From assembly GCA_951406725.2 (NCBI GenBank), contig OX597814.1:139686001-139750000 (forward strand): a stretch of 64,000 bases of DNA, in the 5' to 3' direction. Below the pieces are notes generated by a model. The model saw nothing but the letters and a program-made list of their open reading frames with translations. It made no database searches and was not told where the DNA came from. The translations under genes and the position numbers were made by a program. Source of the DNA: Octopus vulgaris. Lineage: Eukaryota. Shown piece after piece: positions 12,849-24,045 of the stretch. How positions within the stretch are numbered: the first letter of the stretch is position 1; each line of letters opens with the position of its first letter.

Positions 12849-15124
12849 GAATGTGTGATATATTGTAGTAGTATCACTGCTTTAAAAAAAACTAGTTTCA
12901 TGTTTTTGTCCTCTTATATTTTTTGTATTACTGACATCCAAAATTCTTTGTGTGTGTGTGTATATTGCTGTTGGTAAGAAGTTTGATTCTCAGCTCCCTA
13001 CCATGACATCCTGTGATGCTTGTAAGCAAGCGCCACTGTCATGCAGACTGTCTTTCATTTTCAGTCTTCTCAAACATGCCTGGTTATGGGGAAATATTAC
13101 CTTACTTGGAAACAGATGTGAGTCAGAACAGGAAGAGCATCCGAGAGTGTAGAAAATCTGCCTCAACAGATTCTGTCTGACCCAATGGGAGCATGGAAAA
13201 GTGGACATTAAAACAATAATGATGTGATTGCTGAATGAACATTTTTTGGAAATAACCTGTAGAGGTGATTCGAAACCTAACTGCTAGATATTCAGTCAGA
13301 TGTTACAAGTGAACCACCATAATTTCATCTGATTGGTCTATTAAGTGACCAGTCAGCATGAGGCTGTGATATAATGGGATATAATTTTCTCGAATGTTCT
13401 AATCCCCAATAATAAAAAAAAAATGTTATGCACTTTTTAATCGCAGAGTGTTGCAGGTTGCTGAGTGACCTGCGCCTCCATTCTTTGCCATGCAAATGGT
13501 TCAGAACATTTGTACAGACATCTCCAGGTTCTCAGATAAACATGTTCTGAACATTTACACTATGACTCATAAGTAACTTCTACAGATGTGGTGTAGTTTT
13601 TCTCTCTATCCCAGTCGGAATTATTAATTAATATTAAATAGCCTGCACCAAATATCTTTTATGTCTGACAACAAATATTTCAGTTAAATGTTTGTGGGTT
13701 TTTATTCAGTTATTATCCATGTAGCCAATGAAATATATCTTCATTTCGTTGCTACTCGAGTGACAAGCAACTGGGGACAAACCCTTTCTTAACATTTTTA
13801 TCTTTTTAATTTTAACTTAACTTTTTATCTCTTTATCGTCTCCCCTTGCTATTTTTTTTTTGTATTTTCTATCATTTCTGCTTTCTATTTATCCAGCTAG
13901 TTGCTTTTTGATTTTCTGTAACTTTTTCCATCACTTGGCCATTTCATCTCATCCTACTGTTTTTCATGCTTATATATCTTCACATTTAAAGTTTATTCAC
14001 CCTCTCCTCATTTTAATCTGTATATGAGAGAAACATATCTATCTTGACAATAGTCTAACATTATTTTTGTTGGAGTAATGTAGAATAAATACATTAATAT
14101 AGTGTGTGCTTTCATTCGCTTAGCATATAATCTGTACTCTTCCTACTATTTAATACAATAGTATCTTTTTCTTCCTTTTTACCAGGAGCAGAACTAATTA
14201 TTTATCATTAAATCTAAAGTATAATGTAAAAGTTTGAATCCAGTTTAAATTTAGCATTATTTATTGTACATTTGTAAATATTATTTTTCTTCCTTTCTCT
14301 TTGTCATATCTGTAAAACATAGCATAAATATCAGATTAACTTAGAGTTAAGTATTCTCTTCTACATTTTATTTCCCTTTCATCTTTAAGCATACATTTAG
14401 ATGCCAATATCTCATGTGTGCAGCTCATGGAAAAGATAGTTGAATTTGCATCAAAATTGTTCTGTATAAAAAACATTAGCATATAGGAAAAATAATATGA
14501 AATGAAGGTGTATTCAGAAGATACCCTTCTTCCCGCAAGCTGGATGTGCAACATTTAAAAGCCTCTTATTAGGGAAGTTCATTCAAATTGGTAAAATTTT
14601 TTGTTTGATATGGATGAACCAACATCTGTTATTATATAGAAGTATTCTACTTCATAGCCAAGTCCTGTTATCGATCAACAGCCAAAAGCTCCTTGTAAGT
14701 CAGAAATGGAGACAATCATCTTTGTACTTCGAATTCCCCCCTTGCACACTATGAAGTCTTATTTTTTCTTGTCATTAATTAAGTATATTGTAACATTTGC
14801 ATATCATATCATCTTTCACTTCCTGTTCATTTAAATTTTGCTCAACACATCCAGCTTAGTCAACAAAGATTATCTGTGATAGCACTACTATTTCATTTAA
14901 TTTTTCTGACAGTTATGTTTATGCATAAATTTGACTTGAATTCACTAATTTTCCTATTAATATAGATGCTAGAAGAAAAATATACCATATTTACTCATGC
15001 ATAAGTTGTATCCCTTAAATCTTGAAAAAAATGTTTCTATTCACATTCAGACTTTCCCCATGTACAAGTCACAACCCAGGTTTTCAGTTAAAATCAAGTA
15101 TAAAATAGTGCAATTGATATGTGG

Positions 15125-15350
15125 AGTTGGCAGAAACGTTAGCATGCTGGGCGAAATGCTTAGCAGTATTTTGTCTGCCACTACATTCTGAGTTCAAATT
15201 CCACTGAGGTCGACTTTGCCTTTCATCCTTTCGGGGTCGATTAAATAAGTACCAGTAACGCACTGGGGTCGATATAATTGACTTAATCCATTTGTCTGTC
15301 CTTGTTTGTCCTCTGTGTTTAGCCCCTTGTGGGTAGTAAAGAAATAGGTA
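15125..15350 (+). mobile_element. SINE family A
   Basis: gagttggcagaaacgttagcatgctgggcgaaatgcttagc...gcctttcatcctttcggggtcga. Confidence 0.85.
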
Positions 15351-16027
15351 TATTTTTATTAATTCTGAATTTGAAGTTTCCACTCAATGCTTTACATTAA
15401 ATCACAAATATATCTGCTTCCAAAAAGAAAATCAAAAATAACAATTGAAACCCCCACCAGTTTCAATGAACTCCCCACCCATCCACCTCCTGGAGAAAAA
15501 AACATTTAAATGTAAACAGAACTGTAATCAACTGTTGCAAGTTTGTCACCTGCTTCTCTCATCCTGTATTTACTACTGACTTAGCTTTCTTTCTCTTCCT
15601 TTTTAATTCCCTTTTACCCCTTTTACCAAAACTGGTTTGACACACACTCCGCCACATACACATGACCAATTTTAAAGTCTACTCTTTATGTTTTTATTTC
15701 TCTCTCCCCCTCTCTCTCTTCCATCCACTCCCTTTACCCCTCTTACTCTCTTGTGGTTTTGTCAGTTTCTATTCTTTAAGCTTCTCCATTTCATTTAGTC
15801 ATGACATATTTTTTGAATGTATATATTTTATTATAACATAGAGTTTATGTTTATGGATACAAGGATGCATATAGAAACTGACACCCATTCATCATCTATA
15901 ATTTGTGTTTAAAAATTATTACTGAGAAGTAACATATTCCAAATGGACTCTCCCTCCCAAAATGGCTAGACCAATGAAACTGATGTTCATACGTGTGTGT
16001 TTGTGTGTGTATACACAAATGCACACT

Positions 16028-16460
16028 AGATCTCTCAAAGTGAATGATACGTGTGGAGGGAGACCCAAGATGACATGGAATGAGGTACTGAAGGATGACC
16101 CCTGGACACTGAACTTCTCAGACAAGATGACAAAAGACTGAAATACCTGGTGCCTTGCTGTACTCAAGAAGACCCATCCTCCACAGCAGAGGTGTTAAGG
16201 CTGCTCCCCACTGGTGAAGATGATTGGCCTGCAAGAGTCGTGCTGGTGCCATATAAAAAGCACTTGTGCTGGTGACACATAAAAGTGCTTGTGCTGTACT
16301 GCATTAAAAGTACCCAACAGGCACTGTAATGTGGTTGGTGTTAGCAACCCAATGAAATCAGACTAAAACTTGTTGCAACTCTCCATCTTGCCAGCTCTGG
16401 TCAAAACATCTAACCCATGTCAGCATGGAAAATGGACATTAAAAGATGATGATGATGACA
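16028..16460 (+). mobile_element. RTE LINE 3' end with 3' UTR and (GAT)n tail
   Basis: Translation LKVNDTCGGRPKMTWNEVLKDD...MTKD*NTW (RTE C-terminal GRPxxTW...DRxxW), then the common ...catggaaaatggacattaaaagatgatgatg tail. Confidence 0.7.
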
Positions 16461-16474
16461 CACACATATGTATG

Positions 16475-16518
<44 letters not shown>

Positions 16519-16654
16519 CATATATCAGAGGTTATAATACTGTGAAGCTGAATGGAAAAGAGATGCAAACAGCTGGTCAACAAAGATCATGCAACTGTAG
16601 GATTCATGAGAACTACCTATTAGTCAGTAACTGTCTGACAAAGGCAATAGTACT

Positions 16655-17260
16655 CAAGTTGGTATTAAAAGGTTCCTGGACTAATTATTTTTGATAGAAA
16701 AATAACTTATTTACTTAAGTTTTAACATCATCTCTTTCAAGATAGTCACCCTCAGCAGTAATACACTAGTCCCATTGTTTCTACAACCTTTGGAATCTGG
16801 CCTGGAAGTTGTTTTACATAAGTGAGTTGAGGGCCTTCTGCAATTTGCTTGGGATCTTAACAAGGGTGTTAAGATGGCAACTTTTGAGCTGCATTTTCAT
16901 CTTGTGGAAGAGTCGAAAGTTCACAGGTGCTAAATCTGGCAAATAAGGCAGGTGTGGAAAGGATACCATGTTGTTTTTGGTGAGGAACTCACAAGTGAAG
17001 AGAGCTTGATGAAGAATCCAGTTCTTCATGCTCCACAGATCTGGTTGCTTTTGCCAAATCTCCTTCCTCAAATACTTCAAAACATTGCAGTAGAACTTTC
17101 AATTGACAGCCTGGCCCTGGGGGATAAATTCTCAATTCACAATACCACATTTCTTGAGGGTGACACTTGTGGCAGGTCTTCCAGATCACTCATTGTCTTT
17201 CAGGGAGGTTCTGCTTTTGAAGTGCCTGTGCTAACCGAAACATTATGTATGACCCATTGG
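16655..17260 (-). mobile_element. degenerate mariner transposon (C-terminal transposase remnant)
   Basis: ORF 16814-17080 contains FLTKNNMVSFPHLPYLPDLAPVNFRLF, a decayed HPPYSPDLAPxDF motif. TIR-like ggtattaaaaggttcctggact near 16660. Confidence 0.8.
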
Positions 17261-19728
17261 CTCTTTGTTCCTGCCCTTGACAAAATCACATATATGTATG
17301 TCTGCAGAGGCACATGCAAAATGAACATGTACATATACATTTGCTGTTTAAAAAATTGTTAATTAAAGGTATTAGTTAGTAGTATTACTTTAAAAAAGTA
17401 TTACTCAAACTGCAATGTAATTTCATGAGTAAAGTTATTAGAGTGGTTTTGCTTGTATGAAATTTAAGACACTTATAATATTACCGTGAGAACCAGAAAT
17501 GAAATCAAATACATGAGCTTGAAACAGCTGTTTTTGCACATGTTGCTCACAAAGGCTTTTAAACAAAAGAATATTGGTGTTGTCTTCAAAGTTTCATTTC
17601 ATATTTCAAAAGAAAAGCAGGCTCAGTTTATACCAGCTGATGGCTGGAAGTGAGTAGCTCTGACGACTGGAAATTGGAGCCTTTCAGTTATGATTTGTTA
17701 AAAGAATACCTTACATATGTATTGAGTCCTGTAATTTATTAATTCTGGTGAATCAACAGATATATCATCATCATCATTGTTTAACATCTTTCTTTCATGC
17801 TGGCATAGGTTGGATGGTTTGACAGCAGCTGGCCAGGCAGGAGTCTAAACCAGATTTTTGTGTCTGTTTTGGCAGGGTTTTTACAGCTGGATACCCTTCC
17901 TAATGTCAACTACCCAGCAATCATCATCATCATCATCATAATTTAAAGTCCATTTCCCATGTTGGCATGGGTTGGATGGTTTGATCAGAGTTGGCAAGCT
18001 GGAAAGATGTACCAAGTACAAGTCTGATTTGGTTTGGTTTCCACTGCTGAATGCCATGCCAACCACTTTACAGAGGGTGTTGGGTGCTTTTTATGTGGTA
18101 CCAGCATGGGTGTCTTTTATATGGATTAGCACAGGTGCTTTCTATGGGTGCTTTTTACATGCACGCACAAGCACACACACGCCTTATAGTTTGGGGTTGA
18201 GCCAAAGCTTGTGAGTTAAAACTGTGTAGATGGGAAATGTCCAGAAGTCTGTTGAATGGATTGAAGCTGTTTTCAGGATGTTGACTTTGTCAGCTGCAAC
18301 AACACATTCCTGTGTTTGTCATTTAACAGAAATAACTCTTTGGCAAGCATTCAGTGGTGGGCTATGGTCTGAAGCAAAGCCTCTTATCTCAGTGGCTCTG
18401 CAAATTGTCATGGGCTCTACCTTATTATCTCCTTTGACTAAGCCACAAAAATAAAAATAATAGTTGACAGTCAACAAAATATTATTGTCCTTGTTTAAGC
18501 TGAAATGAACCATTTGTTATGTCCTTATCTTTTACTTGTTTTGGTTCTTGGACTGTGACCTTATTTGGGTGCTACATTCAGGCTAGTACCTTGAATGGTG
18601 TAGTTGAACAAAACGACCCCAATACTTATTCCATCAGCCTCTTATACTGAACCACTAAGTTATGGAGTTGTAAAGAAACCAATAACAGTTTTCAAGCCAT
18701 AGTGGAGGACAAACACAAAGACGTGCACACACATGCATGCACATACACACACACACATGCATACACACACATGTGCATGCGCACAGACACATGCATAGAC
18801 AATACACACACACACACACACACATATGAATCATATTACACTTTGTACTTGCCCAGTGTTTTATTCTGAAGCATACATATATTGAGTAGTAACAACAGTT
18901 TATAAGTATTGTTATGCCTAAGCAAAATCATAAAATATGTATACTATAGGCTTCCACACAGTTTCCATTTATGAAATTGACTTGCATAGCATTGTTCACC
19001 ATGGGGCTACAGTAGAAGACCCATGCCCATGGTGCTGCACAATGAGGCAGAACTCCAAAGCACATGGTTGCCAAGCAAGCTTCTTAACCACAGAGCCATG
19101 GTGGTGCCTATGTCGATTTATATTTAAATAGTGAAACCTAGGTACAAGTTGGTGAGTGCTTTCACATTGATTTTATTTATATGTTTGAAGCTGCTTTTAT
19201 TTGTAATTTCTTTTGAATTGACTTTAACTCTTTGCCGACAGCAACTGCTAAGTTCATGAAACTTTATGCTATAAATGGTTTATGCTACAATCAATACAGG
19301 AAAGGAAATAAAAAAAAGAATGTGACAGCATCTATATCAATGCTGATTTAAAAACACATTATAACTTGCCAAATCTCAAATTTTATGAATTTAATTTACT
19401 TACTTATATCACATCCTTTATATGGTTGAAGTAATTACATGACTAATTAATTACCTTTTAGCACATATTTATTAGTTTAGCAAACAACTGATTACACCTC
19501 ATTCTCTTTAAACTATAGAATTTGGTAATGTGGTACTATCTATAAATTCGCCGAAAGTCTTTAACTCTGCTGCAAATAAAACGTTTTATCTTTTATGTTG
19601 CCACTTTAAGTTTTCATGGCCATAGATGCAAAGCATGGCTGTGTGGTTAAGAAGCTTGCTTCCCAGCCATGTTTTTCTTGGGTTCAGTCCCACTGCACAG
19701 CACTTTAATCAAATGTCTTCTATTATAA

Positions 19729-19996
19729 CAGTGGTTCCTAAACTTTTTTGGGCGCCACACCCTTGACACTCAGGCCACATTCCTAGCGCCCCCATCCCCA
19801 ACTAACCGTCACAAACATAGACATCTTTCTGAAGCAAATCCAAAGCAAATGTATTTCACAAATAAAAATTAACCTAATGAACCCATTATTTTGTTGTTTT
19901 TACATGAATCGCTACCCCATTATCACCCCACTTCAATGCTCCTTGGAACATTCCACCGCCGTCGAGGGGCAATACCACCCACTTTGGGAACCACTG
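19729..19996. mobile_element. hAT (Charlie-like) MITE nested in a family B SINE
   Basis: TIRs cagtggttcctaaa / tttgggaaccactg. Perfect 8-bp TSD TATTATAA at 19721-19728 and 19997-20004. Confidence 0.9.
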
Positions 19997-20136
19997 TATT
20001 ATAACCTTGGGTCAACCAAAACTATATAAGTGGATTTGATATATGCATGTATGTATGTATGTATACATGCATCTCTGTCTGTCTGTAAGTTTATATGTAT
20101 GTATGTACATACATTATGTACATATGTAATGTATGT

Positions 20137-20184
<48 letters not shown>

Positions 20185-20229
20185 AGGTTAAACACAAGCA
20201 CATGCACACACATACACAGACACCTTGTA

Positions 20230-21040
20230 ATATAGACACCAAGTAAATAGACACCTTTAATTTTCAAAATCTTTTTAATATGCAAAGCAAACAATTGAAA
20301 TGTAATCGATAGGTAGGACTACATACTTTGGCATTTAGTTGACATTCCTTTTGCAGTTTTTAAATCAAAAACTCTTTTTGGCATTGAACTGAAGAGCTTT
20401 GTGATTGTCTCTTGTGAAATTTTTGCCCACTTTTCATGCAACAATCAAAACAATTCATCTTTAGATATTTCTGTTGAGTTTTCTGTATAACTCTATCTAG
20501 TATGCTCCAAAGATTTTCAATTGGGTTCATGTCAGGAGATTGGCTTGGCCAAGAAAGCTTTTTGATCCCATTCTCAGTCAGCCATTGCTGATTCCTTTTT
20601 GCTGTGTGTCATGGAGCCCCATCTTCCATGAATTAAAACTAATTTTTCATTATGTTATCCTGTGAATACTTCAGAAATAGTCCTTGCTTAAGTATTTCGA
20701 TGTATTTTTCAGAGTTTATGGTTCCAGCACATTCAGTCAGCTCAGAATGACCATTGCTGGTGACAGATCCCCATACCATTACAGAGATACTGCCATGTTT
20801 CACAATTGGTTGGAGTTGTTTCAAATCAAATTCTTGATTGAGAAGCCTCCAGACCCAAACACGTCCACTATCTGAAAATAATGCAAATTTGGATTCATCT
20901 GAGAAAATCACTCTATCCCAAAATTAACTGGATTTTTCTGATATCTCCTTAGCCCATTTCTTTCTTTTCATGATATTAATTGGTTGAAGGAGAGGTTTTC
21001 TTCTAGCTGCTCGTCCATAATACCCGAGCTTATGCAGATT
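20230..21040 (-). mobile_element. Tc1 (DD34E) transposase pseudogene, 3' half
   Basis: IFSDESKF...VKHGSISVMVWG...MEDGAP*HTAK...WPSQSPDMNPIENLW. I counted 34 residues between the second D and the E. Stops and a frameshift are present. Confidence 0.9.
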
Positions 21041-21049
21041 TGTAACACA

Positions 21050-21880
21050 CGTTCTTGCACTTGTATAAAAGTCATGTTCTTTTCAAAATATGCTCCAAAT
21101 GGCCTCCATAGCATTGGAGGCACACTTGCATACGTCATACAAAATTGTCAGTTACTTGAACACATTCCTCTTTGGTGATTTCTGAACTGCCTTCAGTTCA
21201 CCAATCGTTTGAGTGTTGTTCTGGTAAACATTATTCTTGAGATACCCCCACAGATAAAAACCTAGGGGAAGGGGTTCAAGTCTAGTGAATGCGGTGCCTA
21301 CTCAATATCACACTTCCTTGCTGATCAATCTCTTCTGAACTCACTCTCTCAGCCAGGTTAGGGAGTCATTTGATGCATGGTGGGTGGCCATGTCTTGCTG
21401 CAACCACTGTTCATCTCAATCTATCATTCTGTGTCGTCCCAGTGATGCTCAAAACTTCGTCAGCACTGCCACATAGTACTCTGTATTTACCCTTTGAGCT
21501 CTCTCTTTTTTGTCTTCGAACCAATATGGGCCGATGATGCCATGTTTAGAGATTGCCACCCCATGCTGTGAACATTGTTGAGTGTAAAGACCTCTGAAAC
21601 ACTTCCTCCGGTGCAGATTTACCCCAATAAACATTATTTTTGCTGTGTACGTGTCCTGTAGCAAAAAGTGTGCTTCGTCAGTATATTGACTTGTTGGTGA
21701 AATAGGCCTCCAGGCAAAATGTCTTTTCTTTGGTTGACCAAGACATGTTGGGGTAGACTATTGTTCCAATCTTTCATCCACAAAGTCGACTTATATACCT
21801 TGAAAGAGAAAAGAAGAAAAATTAAAATTAACAGTTTTATTCAAAGATTTGTGGGTTCTGTTTCTTTTGGGGTCACCCTG
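21050..21880 (-). mobile_element. DD41D (rosa/Visitor-like) Tc1/mariner remnant
   Basis: HGIIGPYWFED...WLQQDMATHH...APHSLDLNP..FYLWGYLKNNVY. Spacing is ~41 after frameshift correction. Terminus TA|CAGGGTGACCCC on the minus strand at 21880. Confidence 0.7.
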
Positions 21881-22214
21881 TATAATACTGCACTCTCACC
21901 CAAATTTGAGGCTTAGTACCAATATGGAAGCACTGTATTTATTTGACGAGTGATTTGAATCAATATTATGTTGAAACAGTATATTCCATTGTGGTACAAA
22001 TTGAAAGCAATTATAACACATATACAATTATGTTATCTATAGAATGAAACTAATAATAATTTAATTCATGGCCTACCATGACCTCCTCCTCTCTCCCCCC
22101 TTTCCTTAGCTGACCTGATTACTAAGCTGTTTCAACAAAGATCCAACCTGACCTCACTTTATTATGATAAAAATAAAATCATAATAAAGAATGTGATTGC
22201 TAATAAATTATTCA

Positions 22215-22655
22215 GGTGCAGGTGTGGGCATGTGGTAAGAAGTTGCATAGCACCTTGAGCAAGTATGTTTTTACTATAGCCTCAGGCTGATCAAAACCCC
22301 AGTGGATTTGGTAGATGGAAACTGAAAGAAGCTCATCGTATGTGTGTATGTGTATGTGTGTGTGCACGCATGTGTGTGTGTATATCTCTGTGTATGTGTG
22401 TGTATATCTGTGTTTGCGTGTATATCTATGTGTGTGTCTTTGTGTCTCTTTGTGTGTGTATATCTATGTGTGTGTGTGTCTTTGTGTCTCTTTGTACCCC
22501 ACCTCTGCTTGATAACTGGAGTTGGTGTGTTTATGTCTCCGTAACTTAGCAGTTTGGCAGAAGAGACCGATAGAATAAGTACCAGGCTTTAAAAAATAGG
22601 TCCTGGGGTTGATTTATTTGATTTAAGTGATTGAAACAAGTAAAATATAAAAGAT
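22215..22655 (+). mobile_element. SINE family B with internal (TG)n
   Basis: ggtgcaggtgtgggcatgtggtaagaag head, ccttgagcaagt core, tgaaacaagtaaaa tail. Confidence 0.75.
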
Positions 22656-23051
22656 AGTAGAGGATGTGATCGTTAATAAATTATTTAGGAGAATAAATAT
22701 TTTGCTGGCCTGCATCACCTTGTGATGTTAGCATGATAACAAATGTGATATGAAATGTGTCATCATCATCATCATCCTTTTACATGGGTTGGTCAGGTTG
22801 TCATGGTAGGAATCAATTCTTATTTAGAGTTACTGACCTCCTAAGTGTGGTTGGAGGTGGAAGTGAGGGACATAACTTGCTTGTATATTTTATTTTGACA
22901 TAGTTTCTAGATGCAGTCGGTACGTTTTAGTGTGGCGCCAACACTAGAGAGGTCATGTCCTCAACAAGATTAAAGGATCCTCGTGATACTACTGTATATC
23001 TTATTATTATGGCTCAGAGCTATATAATTGTTAGCATGTTGGAAAAAATTT

Positions 23052-23283
23052 GGCACTTCTTAAATACAGAGGTCCCACTTAAATACAGAGGTTCTGAACA
23101 GTGTATACTCATTAGGGTTAGGGCTAGTTTTTAGGGTTAGGTTTTAAGGTTAGGGTTAATTTTAGGGTTAGGGTTAGTTTTTAGAGTTAGGGTTAGTTTT
23201 AGGGTTAGGATTAGGGTTAGGATTACCTCCCCTTTATATTGTTATGCAGATGTGTCAGGACCTCTGTATTTCTGTAGTAACCC
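23052..23283. mobile_element. TIR element carrying internal degenerate (TTAGGG)n
   Basis: Inverted aaatacagaggtcc / ggacctctgtattt, AAATTT on both flanks, telomere-like repeats at ~23112-23225. Confidence 0.65.
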
Positions 23284-23709
23284 AAATTTTTAGGGCTATT
23301 TCTTCATTATATTCTGAATATATTATATACTGTCAATACTGACTTTGCCTTTCTTCCTTTTGTGCATGATAAAATAAAGTACCAGTCAAGTACTGGAGTT
23401 GGTGTGATTGATTTACTCCTTTAAAATTGCTGACCTTGTACAAAAATTTGAAACTATTATTATTATTATTATTATTATTTTTAGTGAGCTAGCAGAATCG
23501 TTAGCATGCTGGGCAAAAATGCTTAGCAGTATTTTGCCCATCTTCACAGTCTGAGTTCAAATTCTGCTGAGGTCGACTTTGCCTTTCATCCTTTCAGGGT
23601 CAATGAAATAATTACCAGTTGAGCACTGGAGTTGATGTAATTGAGTTAGCCCCTCCCCACAAATTTCAGGCCATGTACCTATAGTAGGAAAGACTATTAT
23701 TATTATTAT

Positions 23710-24045
23710 GCTGTGACTCAGTGGTTAGAGCATCAGGCTCACAATCATGAGGTAGTGAGTTCGATTCCTGGACCAGGCCTTGTGTTGTGTTCTTGAGTAA
23801 GGCACTTTATTTCATGTTGCTCCTATTCACTCAGCTGTTGAAATGAGTTGCGATGCCACTGATTCCAAGCAATACCAGCCTTTGCCTTCCTTTTAGATAA
23901 TGTCAGTGGTGTGGAGAGGAGAAGCTGATATGCATGGGTGACTGCTGGTCTCCCATAAACAACCTTGCCCAGACTTGTGCCTCAGAGGGGAACTTACTCG
24001 GTGCAATCCCATAGTCTTTCAATGACCAAAGGGGGTCTTTATCCT
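23710..24045 (+). mobile_element. tRNA-derived SINE family C
   Basis: A box (gactcagtggttag), B box (gttcgattcc), gtgttcttgagtaaggcactt core. A homologous copy lies at 58790-59115. Confidence 0.8.

Noticed and set aside
23710-23785. tRNA gene
   Set aside because: A and B boxes are present, but the sequence continues into a SINE body that is repeated at 58790; it is a SINE head.
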